Assembly: GCA_019686175.1 (NCBI GenBank)
Contig: JADGHJ010000002.1
Coordinates: forward strand, 1-40,255
Direction of reading: 5' to 3'
DNA: 40,255 nt
DNA from: Chloroflexota bacterium
GTDB taxonomy: Bacteria; Chloroflexota; UBA6077; JAJPHF01
The notes under the pieces were generated by a model, which worked only from the letters and a program-made list of their open reading frames with translations, was not told the DNA's origin and did not search any database. The first letter of the stretch is position 1; every line of letters begins with the position of its first letter. Shown in pieces: positions 9,458 through 19,192 of this stretch. The translations under genes and the position numbers were made by a program.

Positions 9458-10531
9458 CTACCCTTGGGGCAGGGTGGCGAAGAAGCCCTCTCGCTCCAGC
9501 TCGTCCAGCAGGCTCAGGTCCACGAACTGGTCCACCCGGGCGTCGCGCGCCGCGGGGTGATCCGCGTACTCCAGCACCGTCTGCAGCCCCCGCGGGTTCG
9601 GGCGCAGGTCGGGCGTCAGGCGCGCGTGGAACACTCGGAACGTCTCCTCCAGCGCTTCGGGGTCGTCCGATTGGAAGTACTTGGCCAGCACGGGGAAGGA
9701 GCGCTCGCGGTCGTACTTCTGGATCGCGGTCGCCTGGGCGAGCGCCCGCAGGGCGCGCAGCAGCGCATCGCGCTGGCTGGCCACGATCGCGCGGCGCGAG
9801 ATCGGGCCGGTGGAGACGAAGTCGACCGACGCCACCCCCGGGACGTCGTCCCAGAAATAGTAGCCCGCGCGCCGCGCGTGGATCGTCGCGGGGGCCGAGA
9901 GCCCGGCGCCATCGATCACGCCGGAGGCCATCGCCGCCAGGTTGTTGCTGGGGTTGCCGAGCGGCACCAGCGTGATGTCGCGCTGGGGATCGAGGCCCAG
10001 CGCCTTCGCCTGCAGCCGCACACCGATGGCCACAGCGCCCCGCGGGCCGGCCACGCCGATCTTTGCTCCGCGTAGCTGCTCCGGCCGCGTGATGTGGGGC
10101 AAGGTGACCAGGGTCTGCTCCAGCGTCCACATGAAGCTACCGAGCAGCACGGTATCCGCGCCCGCCAGCGCCGGCTCGACCGCGCTCTGCGCGCCTGCGA
10201 CGGCCAGGTCGAGATCGCCGGCTACCAGCGCCTGCGCCACCTGCGTGCTGTCCATCTGGACCAGCGTGGCGGCAAGCCCCTGCTCGGCGAACAGCCCCAG
10301 TTCATGCGCCAGCCAGATCGGACCGAACGCCCCGGCGACCGAGGCGTAGGCCGCTCGCAGGGGGATCGGCGTCGGCACGGCGGCAGGCTCACTCCCCGGC
10401 TGGCTGCCGACCGTGTTGGCTGGCGGACTGGTGGCGCTCGCGGCCCTCTGGCTGCTGCCGGCCGACGGGACGGGCGCACAGGCCCCGAGCAGTACGCACA
10501 CGAGACCAGCTAGCCAGCTGCGCTTGCGCAT
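9458..10531 (-). CDS. ABC transporter substrate-binding lipoprotein, SsuA/NMT1/THI5-like (357 aa)
   Basis: Lipobox LLGAC; IWLAHELGLFAEQGL, LRGAKIGV, FVDLSLLDELEREGF; ATG at 10531. No permease gene in the window. Confidence 0.85.
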   Translation of the reverse strand: MRKRSWLAGLVCVLLGACAPVPSAGSSQRAASATSPPANTVGSQPGSEPAAVPTPIPLRAAYASVAGAFGPIWLAHELGLFAEQGLAATLVQMDSTQVAQALVAGDLDLAVAGAQSAVEPALAGADTVLLGSFMWTLEQTLVTLPHITRPEQLRGAKIGVAGPRGAVAIGVRLQAKALGLDPQRDITLVPLGNPSNNLAAMASGVIDGAGLSAPATIHARRAGYYFWDDVPGVASVDFVSTGPISRRAIVASQRDALLRALRALAQATAIQKYDRERSFPVLAKYFQSDDPEALEETFRVFHARLTPDLRPNPRGLQTVLEYADHPAARDARVDQFVDLSLLDELEREGFFATLPQG

Positions 10532-10604
10532 CGTCCACCCCCGTGCGGGCAACACGTGCCTGAGTCCTGAATAGTAGGGCGTCGCGACGGCGACTGCAAT
10601 GGGC

Positions 10605-11879
10605 TTACAGTTCGGGCAGCAAGCCGGCTGGGCTGGCGCGATCCTCCTCGGAGATCGCGCACTCTGGGTCGCGCGCATATAGCCACCGCAGCACGGGAGG
10701 CACCACCAGCGTGGTGAGGATGCTCATGATCACCACCACGCCGAACACCTCGCTGGGAATGGCCCCCAGCGCCAGGCCCAGGCTAGCCACGATCAGGCCG
10801 ACCTCGCCGCGCGGGGCCATTCCCACCCCGACGATCGCCACGCTCCGCCAGCGGTAGCCGAGCATCGCCGCGCCACAGCCGACCAGCTTGGTGAGCAGCG
10901 CTAGCCCGGTGATGGCCAGCGCCAGGCCGAGGATTCCCCCATCGAGGAACAGCCGCCAGTTGACCTGGCTGCCGGTGATGACAAAGAAGAACGGCACAAG
11001 GAACTGGTAGATCGGCAGCGCTTGCTGCTCCAGCTCGAACCGCTCGTTCGCCTCTGCGAACACCATGCCGGCGAGGAACGCGCCGATGATGGCCGCCAAC
11101 CCGATACTCGCCGATAGCGCCGCGAGCCCGAGCATGGTCAGCAGCGCAACCGCGAAGGGGGCGTTATCCATGCGCAGCGCGTTCAGCCGCAGGCCGAAGC
11201 GCCGCACGACGCCGCTGCCGATCAGCACCACGAACACGGTGAACAGCACGGCCTGGACCGCGATGGCCCCGACATGGAGCACGCTGACCGAGCCGGTGGT
11301 AGCCAGGCCGGCCACGATCGCCAGGATGATCATGGCCAGGATGTCGTCGATCACCGCCGCGCCGAGGATAATGCGGCTCTCCACGCTGGCGATCACGCCG
11401 AGGTCACGCAGCACCCGCGCCGTGATGCCCACGCTGGTCGCCACCATGGCCGCGCCGACGAACACCGCCTCGATCTGAGAGTGTCCGAGCAGCGGGCCCA
11501 CCAGGCCGAAGCCGAGCACGAATGGCGCAATCACCCCCAGCACGGCTACCAGCGTCGCCCGGCCGCCTACCCGCAGGATGTCGGCCACGCGCGTCTCCAG
11601 CCCCACGAAGAACAGCAGCACGATGACGCCCAGCTCGGCGACGAGGTGGTAGATCGCCTTGACCGCTTCCTCGGCGGCGGCCACATCGCCGCCGAACAGG
11701 GCGATGAGCCCGGGGTCCGGCTTCCCGATGAAGCCGAGGGCATGCGGCCCGATCAACGCCCCGGCGAGCAGCTCGCCGATCACGGGGGGCTGCTGGAGGC
11801 GCTCGAACACCTCGGCCGCCACCTTGGCCGCCAGGAAGATGACGAACAGGTCGTAGAGCAAGCCCACGATTTCGTTCAT
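10605..11879 (-). CDS. Cation:proton antiporter, CPA2/NapA-like (424 aa)
   Basis: GELLAG, LLFFVGLE, ATSVGIT, AAVIDD, LLTKLVG, GMAPRGEV; about 13 TM helices; ATG at 11879. Confidence 0.92.
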   Translation of the reverse strand: MNEIVGLLYDLFVIFLAAKVAAEVFERLQQPPVIGELLAGALIGPHALGFIGKPDPGLIALFGGDVAAAEEAVKAIYHLVAELGVIVLLFFVGLETRVADILRVGGRATLVAVLGVIAPFVLGFGLVGPLLGHSQIEAVFVGAAMVATSVGITARVLRDLGVIASVESRIILGAAVIDDILAMIILAIVAGLATTGSVSVLHVGAIAVQAVLFTVFVVLIGSGVVRRFGLRLNALRMDNAPFAVALLTMLGLAALSASIGLAAIIGAFLAGMVFAEANERFELEQQALPIYQFLVPFFFVITGSQVNWRLFLDGGILGLALAITGLALLTKLVGCGAAMLGYRWRSVAIVGVGMAPRGEVGLIVASLGLALGAIPSEVFGVVVIMSILTTLVVPPVLRWLYARDPECAISEEDRASPAGLLPEL

Positions 11880-11926
11880 GCGGTTGCGCCCTTCTAGGGA
11901 CTCCGGCCCACGTGGTGCCGCTGTGG

Positions 11927-11956
11927 AACAAAAAGAGACAGGCAAATGCCTGTCTC
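11927..11956 (-). terminator. Intrinsic terminator inside the antiporter 5' leader
   Basis: GAGACAGGCA-TT-TGCCTGTCTC followed by TTTTTGTT, about 48 nt before the ATG. Confidence 0.8.
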
Positions 11957-12012
11957 CACCTCGCACGGGGGATACCGGGTCCCGTGCCACCCGCGCGGTG
12001 ACCGCCGCCTGT
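11927..12012 (-). ncRNA. Candidate cis-regulatory RNA (riboswitch or attenuator)
   Basis: 5' ACAGGC can pair with the terminator 3' arm GCCTGT; internal stem GCACGGG/CCCGTGC; TATAAG -10 at 12023-12018. Confidence 0.5.
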
Positions 12013-12223
12013 AGTCACTTATACTGCTTAGCTGCTAGCTACCTTATGGATACGCGATCGGTCTGCCGGCGGGCAAGCGCTAGGGCTACTCCAAGGATGA
12101 TGCGTGGACCCGGGAGACGCGCTGTGGCACGGCTGCTGTGCCGCACGGTCGCTCGCCGCGCTCTAACGGACCGCCGGTGCGCCTCCTATGCCTGGCTAAC
12201 GCTCCGATCGCTATGCTTATGAC

Positions 12224-13324
12224 ATGACGAGCGTGCTAGCACCACCACTTGACATACCCGACCGCCTGTCCCTAGCCGCCCTCGGCTGGGACGAGGGCTG
12301 GGCAGAGGCGTTCGCGCCGTTCGCCGCCCGCGGCTTGCAGCCCGGCCGCGTGGCGATCGACCTGCGCAAGGGCTATCGGCTCTACATCGACGGTGGATCG
12401 GTGTACGCGGAGCTGGCTGGCAAGTTCCGTCACGCCGCACGCCGGGCGAGCGACTATCCGGCAGTGGGCGACTGGGTCGCCTACAGCGCCCCGGCTGGCG
12501 CTGAGCTCGCGCAGGTCGTCGCCGTGCTGCCGCGGCGGAGCCAGTTCCGGCGTCGGGCGGCTGGTGACGAGCACGAGGAACAGGTCGTCGCGGCCAACAT
12601 CGACACGGTGTTCCTGGTCACGGCGCTCGACCCGACGTTCAGCCTGCGCCGCGTGGAGCGGTACCTGCTGCTGGCGGGCGAGAGCGGTGCGCGGCCCGTG
12701 CTGGTGTTGAACAAGGCCGACCTATGCCCCGACCCCGAGGCGCGGGTGGCCGAGGTGCGGGCTATCGCGCCGGAGGTGCCGATCCACGTGCTGGTCGCCA
12801 GCCGTGGGGAAGGCGTCGCGCCGCTGGCCGCCTACCTCGGTCCGGGGCAGACCGTCGCGCTGCTCGGGCAGTCGGGCGCCGGCAAGTCGACGATCATCAA
12901 CGCCCTGGCGGGCCGCGAGATCGTCAAGACAGGCGCGGTACGCGAGCGCGACTTCCGCGGGCGCCACACGACCACCCAGCGCATGCTGCTGCCCATGCCG
13001 CAGGGCGGGTTGATCATGGACACGCCGGGACTGCGGCAGTTGCAGTTCCCCGAAGTGTCGGAGAGCGACCTGGCGGCGTTCGCCGATATCCAGGCGCTGG
13101 CCGAGGAGTGCTACTTCAGCAACTGCACGCACCTCACCGAGCCCGATTGCGCCGTGCGGGCAGCCGTGGACGCCGGGAAGCTGTCGCCCGCGCGGCTGGA
13201 GAGCTACCTGCGGCTGGTGGCCGCGCTGCGCGAGCAGCAAGCGCGCGCGCCGAAGCGGGGGGCCGAGCGGACTCGGGCGCGCCCGGGGCCGCGCTCGCTG
13301 CGCCCGCGCTATCTCCGCCGCTAG
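12224..13324 (+). CDS. rsgA: Ribosome small subunit-dependent GTPase A
   Basis: PAVGDWV, AANID, LNKAD, GQSGAGKS, GRHTTT, DTPG; Zn finger CYFSNCTHLTEPDC. Confidence 0.95.
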   Translation: MTSVLAPPLDIPDRLSLAALGWDEGWAEAFAPFAARGLQPGRVAIDLRKGYRLYIDGGSVYAELAGKFRHAARRASDYPAVGDWVAYSAPAGAELAQVVAVLPRRSQFRRRAAGDEHEEQVVAANIDTVFLVTALDPTFSLRRVERYLLLAGESGARPVLVLNKADLCPDPEARVAEVRAIAPEVPIHVLVASRGEGVAPLAAYLGPGQTVALLGQSGAGKSTIINALAGREIVKTGAVRERDFRGRHTTTQRMLLPMPQGGLIMDTPGLRQLQFPEVSESDLAAFADIQALAEECYFSNCTHLTEPDCAVRAAVDAGKLSPARLESYLRLVAALREQQARAPKRGAERTRARPGPRSLRPRYLRR

Positions 13325-13579
13325 TGCCCGCCTGGTACGGCGCCGTGGGCACGCCATCTTCAGGGCCTCGGGATCTACGTCCTACATGCTCGTGCACGCC
13401 TTGTCATCGGCCCAGTTCTTGCAGCACCAGCAGCAGCATTCGACGACTGCTGACGAGTCGCGGCTTGCCGTACGCTCACCTATGGCGACACGCTGGGGCC
13501 GGTTTCGGTCGAATTCGCGGCGTATCACTTGAGTATGCTGGACCACATCATCCGCCGCTCGAACCCTATAGGGGGATCC

Positions 13580-15904
13580 ATGAATCTGCTGACTGAGGAC
13601 CCGGGCTGGCACCTCTCCCTGGCCGGGTTCGACCCAGTCCGCGAGTCCGGGGTGGAGGCCGTACTCACGGTCGGCAACGGCTACGCCGGGACGCGCGGCT
13701 CGCTGGAAGAGGGCACCGACGTCTCTCTGCCGATCACTTACCTGGCGGGCGTCTTCGAGCCGCCGGATATTGGGCCGGACCCGCCGAACGATCCGGAGGA
13801 GGCGCCCGCACTGGTCGTCGCCCCAAACTGGCTGGCGCTCACCTTGTACGTCGATGCGGAACAGCTCTCGCTGGCGGGGGGCCAGATTCTGGCGCATGAG
13901 CGGGTGTTGGATCTACGACAAGGTTGGGTGGTGCGTTGCTGGCGCCACCGGCTTCCCTCCGGGCGTATCACACGGCTCGTCACGCTTCGGGCCGCCTCCC
14001 TTGCCGATCGCCACGCGTTCGTGCAGGGCGCCTGGATCGTGCCGGAGAACTACGGGGGCCGTTTGCGTCTGGCGGCAGCGCTCGATGGATGCTTGGACCA
14101 TATCTCCTCGCAGAGCCGGCGTCCGGTCCCCGTCGCGGAGGCCGTCCGTTCGCCCGACGTGCTGCTGATGCGCGCCCCGCACTCCCACGTGCTGCTCGCC
14201 GTTGCCCAAGTGACCAGCCTCTCGGAAGGGGGACGCCCGCTAGCAGCCAAGCGGCATACCGAGCGGAACGACTATCGGGTCGTCGATTGGTGGGAGTGGA
14301 CGGGCGAGCCGGGTCACACGTACGTGTTCGATCGACTGGTGGCCTCCTTTACCTCGCGGCAGGCGCGCGATCCGGCTGCTGAAGTCACTGAGCACCTGGA
14401 GAGACTCCGCACCCGGGGGAGCGGCCAAGTGCTGCACGCGCACCGGCAGCGGTGGGCGGAGCGCTGGCAGGCGGCAGACGTGCAGATCGAGGGGGACGAC
14501 CTGGCCCAGCGCGCCGTGCGCTTCGCGGCCTACCACCTGATGATCGCCGCGAATCCCGAGGACGCCCATGTCTCCGTCGCCGCGCGCGGCCTCACCGGCG
14601 ACACCTATCGTGGCCACGTCCTGTGGGACACCGAGATCTATCTGCTGCCCTTCTTCACCTTCACCTGGCCGGCCGCTGCCCGCACGCTGCTAATGTACCG
14701 CTACCACACCTTGGGGGCGGCCCGAGCGAAGGCGGCCCGTCACGGTTACCGCGGGGCGCTCTACGCTTGGGAGTCGGCGGCCAGTGGCCACGAGGCGACG
14801 GCCAGGATGGAGCGCGGGCCCAAGGGCGAGGCGGTCCCCATCGTCACCTGGCAACGAGCCCACCACGTCTCGGCCGACGTGGCCTACGGGGTCTGGCAGT
14901 ACTGGCGGGCCACCGCCGACGAGGAGTTCTTCCGCCGTGCAGGCGCCGAGATCATCCTGGAGACGGCCCGCTTCTGGGCCAGTCGTGCCCAGCGGGAGGC
15001 CGACGGGCGAGACCACATCCGACAGGTAATGGGGCCTGACGAATACCACGAGCAGGTGGACGACAGCGCCTACACCAACTGGATGGCGCGCTGGAACCTG
15101 GAGGTCGGGTGCGAGACGGCGCGCTGGTTGCAGCAGGACGACATGCGGGAGGGCCACGATCTGCTCGACCGCCTGGGCCTGAGTGAGCGCGAGCTGGAGC
15201 AGTGGCGCGATGTAGCCGACCACCTGGTCCTCCAGTACGATCCCCAGACCAAGCTGATCGAACAGTTCGCCGGCTACTTCACGCTGGAGGACGTGGACCT
15301 GCGCGCCTACCATGGCCGGACGCAGCCGATGCAGGCCGTGCTGGGCCGTGAACGCATCGCTCGGACGCAAGTCACCAAGCAGGCGGACCTGGTCCTCCTC
15401 TGCTATCTGCTCTGGGAGCAGCTCGACGTGGAGACCATCGCCCGCAACCTCGCGTACTACGAGCCGCGCTGCGAGCAGGCGAGCAGTCTGAGTCCGAGCA
15501 TCTACGCCCTCGTGGCCGCCCGCCTAGGACACTTAGAGATGGCCCGCCACTTCTTCGAACGGTCGGCCATCAGCGACCTGGTGAATGTCCCCAACGCCGC
15601 ACAGGGCGTGCATCTCGCCAATTGTGGCGGGCTCTGGCAGGCGGTCGTGTTCGGCGCGGCCGGCATGCAGCTCCTGGACGATGGCCTCGCCTTCGACCCG
15701 CACTTGCTACCGGGCTGGCGATCGCTGGGGTTCTCGGTCCAGTGGCGTGGTAATCGCCTCGGTGTGAGGATCCACGGCCCGCCTGCACGCGTGCACCTCC
15801 AGTTGCCTCCTGATGCACGGCCGATGTGCGTGCGGGTCGGTAAGGGGCAGAAGCGGTGGCTCGCACCGGGCGAGAGCGTGAGCCTCGTCGCTTCCACCAC
15901 CTGA
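13580..15904 (+). CDS. Glycoside hydrolase family 65 (trehalose/maltose/kojibiose phosphorylase-like), 774 aa
   Basis: TVGNGYAGTRG, ARGLTGDTYRGHVLWDTE, GPDEYHE, KQAD, SSLSPS, GVHLA; start taken as ATG 13580. Confidence 0.92.
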   Translation: MNLLTEDPGWHLSLAGFDPVRESGVEAVLTVGNGYAGTRGSLEEGTDVSLPITYLAGVFEPPDIGPDPPNDPEEAPALVVAPNWLALTLYVDAEQLSLAGGQILAHERVLDLRQGWVVRCWRHRLPSGRITRLVTLRAASLADRHAFVQGAWIVPENYGGRLRLAAALDGCLDHISSQSRRPVPVAEAVRSPDVLLMRAPHSHVLLAVAQVTSLSEGGRPLAAKRHTERNDYRVVDWWEWTGEPGHTYVFDRLVASFTSRQARDPAAEVTEHLERLRTRGSGQVLHAHRQRWAERWQAADVQIEGDDLAQRAVRFAAYHLMIAANPEDAHVSVAARGLTGDTYRGHVLWDTEIYLLPFFTFTWPAAARTLLMYRYHTLGAARAKAARHGYRGALYAWESAASGHEATARMERGPKGEAVPIVTWQRAHHVSADVAYGVWQYWRATADEEFFRRAGAEIILETARFWASRAQREADGRDHIRQVMGPDEYHEQVDDSAYTNWMARWNLEVGCETARWLQQDDMREGHDLLDRLGLSERELEQWRDVADHLVLQYDPQTKLIEQFAGYFTLEDVDLRAYHGRTQPMQAVLGRERIARTQVTKQADLVLLCYLLWEQLDVETIARNLAYYEPRCEQASSLSPSIYALVAARLGHLEMARHFFERSAISDLVNVPNAAQGVHLANCGGLWQAVVFGAAGMQLLDDGLAFDPHLLPGWRSLGFSVQWRGNRLGVRIHGPPARVHLQLPPDARPMCVRVGKGQKRWLAPGESVSLVASTT

Positions 15905-16219
15905 CGTCCATCCCTTCGGTCAAGGCCGAGAGACCAGCGGCCCACCGCGGCCGTCCGACTATACGGGCTGTGCACGATCGTAGGTGCTCACTGCGAGCAG
16001 GAGTGTCGGCACTGTCGACGGAGCGTCGCATCGTAGGGGCCGGATGAGGCGTGCTGCCCAGGGCGAAGTGCAGAACCCCTCCAGCCACACCGGCTCGTGG
16101 CCCGGCACAGGCCGCTGTGCGATAGCTACTTCGTGGTCGTCGAGGAAGGGCGCCCAACCTGGCCCGCTGCCAGGCGCTCCCTGGTGCGCCTGGGAACAGC
16201 GTCCGGCAGCCAAGGTTGC

Positions 16220-16228
16220 TGCTACAAT
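16220..16228 (+). promoter_or_regulatory. Extended -10 TGcTACAAT
   Basis: Motif about 64 nt upstream of the secreted protein gene. Confidence 0.45.
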
Positions 16229-16291
16229 GAGCATGGCGTGCGGCGGTCAGTGCCGGATTGCCGCCGTGCTAGCCGCCATAAGGGAGGGGGT

Positions 16292-16675
16292 ATGGCATCG
16301 AGGACCGCGATGGTGCGCGCGTTCGCCGCGGGTGTCCTGCTGGCCGCGGCGGTGGGGCTGGCGCCGCAATCGACGGCGCACGCCCAGCAGCCGCCGCCAG
16401 GCCCTGGCGCTGGCGTGGTCGCCGTGGCGCCCGGGCCGCCACCGCCGTACATTTACGGCTTCTTCCGCGATCCGCTCTGGCCGGGGCCGGGCGTCCGCTT
16501 CATCGCCGAGGAGTGCCCGATCGGCGTGGGCCTGACCATCGTCCACTATTGCCCGGACCGGCCGCCGCTCGTCGATCCGCCGGTCGCGCCGCCGCCGGTG
16601 CTGTCGCCCGAGGTGCGGCAGTGCGACCCCTGGTTCCAGTACTACCCGGTGTGCCGACGGCCCACCCTGCCCTAG
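16292..16675 (+). CDS. Secreted Pro-rich protein with 4 Cys (127 aa)
   Basis: SD AGGGAGGGGG; signal peptide ending AHA|Q; high GC3 codon usage. Confidence 0.7.
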   Translation: MASRTAMVRAFAAGVLLAAAVGLAPQSTAHAQQPPPGPGAGVVAVAPGPPPPYIYGFFRDPLWPGPGVRFIAEECPIGVGLTIVHYCPDRPPLVDPPVAPPPVLSPEVRQCDPWFQYYPVCRRPTLP

Positions 16676-16751
16676 CGTGACCGCCGCAACGTCCCTGGGG
16701 CGGAGCGCTTCCGGTGCCCATCCGCCCCAGGGGCCGCCTGGCTGCGGAGGG

Positions 16752-16985
16752 TCACTCTCCCGCCTGGGCCGTGCCGCGCGCCAGGAACTCCAGCGGTACC
16801 GGCTCCGGACGCGGGCGACAGACCCCGCACCAGAGGACCTTCTCCACCGCCAGCCCCTCCAGCCCGCGTGGCGCCGGGTAGACCACGGTCAGATACGGCA
16901 GCTCGTGCACGTGCGCTTTACACACCGCGCGCCCGCAGAACCGGCACACGCCGTGCGCCGGTTCGCCACCCATCCAACACTCCAC
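16752..16985 (-). CDS. Small Cys/His zinc-finger-like protein (DUF2180-like)
   Basis: CRFCGRAVCKAH...WCGVC; GTG start 11 nt after the upstream stop with SD GAGGG. Confidence 0.72.
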   Translation of the reverse strand: MECWMGGEPAHGVCRFCGRAVCKAHVHELPYLTVVYPAPRGLEGLAVEKVLWCGVCRPRPEPVPLEFLARGTAQAGE

Positions 16986-16996
16986 AGCATCCCTCG

Positions 16997-19192
16997 CTAT
17001 CCAGCAGGCTGCCCCGTCGCCCGGCGCTGGAGCTCCGCCCGGCGTGCGACTTCGTCGGATAGGGCCTCACGCAAGTGGAACTGGTCGATCAGCGCCTGGA
17101 AGTCGGCCTTACTGAGGCTCCAGACGGCGGTCGGCACGAGTGCGCGCACCGTGGCCGAGCGGGGCCGCTCATGCAACAGGGCCATCTCGCCGAAGTACTC
17201 GCCTGGCCCCAGCGCGCCTAGCGGCTGCTCGCCCGCGGCCGTCGCCACATACACGCCCACGCGCCCGCGCCGAAGGAGGTAGAAGCGGTCGCCCGACTCG
17301 CCCTGGCGCACGATCGCCGCTCCGGAAGCATACTCCTCGGCGCGCAGCCGATCGAGGATAGGGTCGAGTTCGGAGGAAGTGCAGTAGCGGAACAGCGACA
17401 TGCGCCCCAACTCGGAGCGTGCCTCCAGGCGCTCGCGCGTGAACCCGTGTTCGCGGAGCCGCGGAGCGATCAGCGTCGCGAAGGTCGGGCCGTCCAGGGC
17501 CAGCACCTCTAGCCGGGTCAAGGCCCGCACACTGGCCGAGCGGGGCTGATCGTAGAGCAAGGCGAGCTCCCCGAACGTGTCCCCACGCCGCAGGCGCGCC
17601 AGCTCGTGTGGTCCGTCTGGCCCGCCCGCCTGCACCACCTCCGCCTGCCCGTCGCGAACGAGATAGAACTTGCGCCCGCGTGTGCCCTGTCGCACCACGT
17701 AGTCGCCCGCTCGATAGCGCTCCAGGGTCAGCGCGCTCACGAGCGCCTCGCGCTCGGCGAACGTCAGGCGGCCCAGGAAGCGCAGCGCGCCCACCAGCGC
17801 GCGCGCGTCGTACCGCAGCCGGGCTCGCGCCTCCTCGCGCTGGTGACGCAGCCAGCCGACGCCGCCGCGTGCCGCCCCCACGAGCTGGTACAGCTTCACG
17901 CCCAGCCCAAAGGCGAACGGGACCCCGAAGGCGACTAGCACGACAGCTACCAGCCCGCGCAGCCCGGCCGATTCGCTGGTCAGCGCATCCCGGACGAGGT
18001 GCGCGAGCTTGTGGCTCCAGAAGTACAGGGCCGCCGCCACGGCGAGCGCCGAGTAGACCAGTGCCAGCAGGCCGAAGATGGCGAAGATCCGCTCCTCGCG
18101 ATCGAACGGCTCGCGCTGGCGCAGTTTGCGCCAGAGGTCCTGGCGCACGAAGGCCAGGGCACGCGCGCGCAGCAGCGGGAGCTCGAGCCAATCGACCAGC
18201 AGGAAATACCCATCGAGTTCGAGCAGGGGCAGCAGGTTCAGGCTGTTGTTGATGAACGCGACGAAGGCGAGCTGGAAGAGGAGCTGGGCCAGCGGGCCGT
18301 GCGCATCGATCAGGAGGCCCAGCATGGCCAGGCCGCCCAGGCCCCACACTGCCCACATCCCAGCCGCCGAGACGATCAGGCGGGCACGTCGCGGCTCCAT
18401 CCAGATATCGGTGGTATCCATGAAAAACGCGGGCATCCCGTAGTAGAGCATCATCCCGCCCCGGGGTACCTCGCGGCCGAAGTGCTTCGTGGCCAGGGCG
18501 TGGCCTAGCTCATGGATGGAGACGGTGCCGAGATATAAGGCCAGCAGCGCGAACACGCCCAGCGCGTACGAGCCACCGATGTGTAGTGGGTCGCGCCCCC
18601 CGCCGGTCAGCTGCCAGACAAACACGACCACTCCCACCACCGCTAGCAGCGCCCACAGGACGACCAACGGTGGCGTGAAGAACAGCCAGCCGCCCCGTCG
18701 GTACAGCGCGGCGATCACGGGGTCGATGCCGTGCAGCGGAAACTCGCGGTAGCGGAAGCTGCTGATCAGGTGGTCCACGCGATAGCCGAGCGAGCGCTGT
18801 ACGAAGTAGCGGCGTAGCTCCCCCCAGACATCGACGGGCTCCTCGGTAAGGAAGCGGTGGCGCCGGAGCTCGGTGACCAGATGGGCCACGCGCTGGAACG
18901 CGAAGCGCCGGTACTCTAGGAAGTAGGCCAGCACCAGGTCTTTGACCTGGTGGGTGCCATCCATCAGCCCGAGCAGGAAGTACTCGTCGGGGGCGAGGCG
19001 CAGATAGGTCCCGGCGGCCGGATTCTTGCAGATATAGTAGGCGCGCCCGCGTGCGGTGGTCAGGTGGCGCGCGATGATGCCCGGGCGAAGGGTCGGCTGC
19101 TCGAACGCGGGGTTGAGCCGTTCGGCCAACCGCGCCCACACCCCTTCCGGCTGCGGCGGCGCGGCGTCCACGCTGGCCGCCGAGTCCGCCAT
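16997..19192 (-). CDS. PqqD/RRE-like domain + M50 (site-2) intramembrane metalloprotease + two cNMP-binding domains
   Basis: HELGH (18500-18514) and NLLPLLELDG M50 motifs; FGELALLYDQPRSASV and FGEMALLHERPRSATV; N-terminal YYICKNP..TYLRL..EYFLLGLMDGTHQVKDL. Confidence 0.88.
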   Translation of the reverse strand: MADSAASVDAAPPQPEGVWARLAERLNPAFEQPTLRPGIIARHLTTARGRAYYICKNPAAGTYLRLAPDEYFLLGLMDGTHQVKDLVLAYFLEYRRFAFQRVAHLVTELRRHRFLTEEPVDVWGELRRYFVQRSLGYRVDHLISSFRYREFPLHGIDPVIAALYRRGGWLFFTPPLVVLWALLAVVGVVVFVWQLTGGGRDPLHIGGSYALGVFALLALYLGTVSIHELGHALATKHFGREVPRGGMMLYYGMPAFFMDTTDIWMEPRRARLIVSAAGMWAVWGLGGLAMLGLLIDAHGPLAQLLFQLAFVAFINNSLNLLPLLELDGYFLLVDWLELPLLRARALAFVRQDLWRKLRQREPFDREERIFAIFGLLALVYSALAVAAALYFWSHKLAHLVRDALTSESAGLRGLVAVVLVAFGVPFAFGLGVKLYQLVGAARGGVGWLRHQREEARARLRYDARALVGALRFLGRLTFAEREALVSALTLERYRAGDYVVRQGTRGRKFYLVRDGQAEVVQAGGPDGPHELARLRRGDTFGELALLYDQPRSASVRALTRLEVLALDGPTFATLIAPRLREHGFTRERLEARSELGRMSLFRYCTSSELDPILDRLRAEEYASGAAIVRQGESGDRFYLLRRGRVGVYVATAAGEQPLGALGPGEYFGEMALLHERPRSATVRALVPTAVWSLSKADFQALIDQFHLREALSDEVARRAELQRRATGQPAG

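Noticed and set aside
13382-13460. Minus-strand CCCWCC Cys-rich peptide, a possible RiPP precursor
   Set aside because: It arises from a short (CAG)n run, has no credible start or SD, and no modifying enzymes lie nearby.
15905-16291. Possible gene remnant (e.g. FLDDHEVAIAQRP.. frame)
   Set aside because: No convincing start, motif or consistent codon bias.
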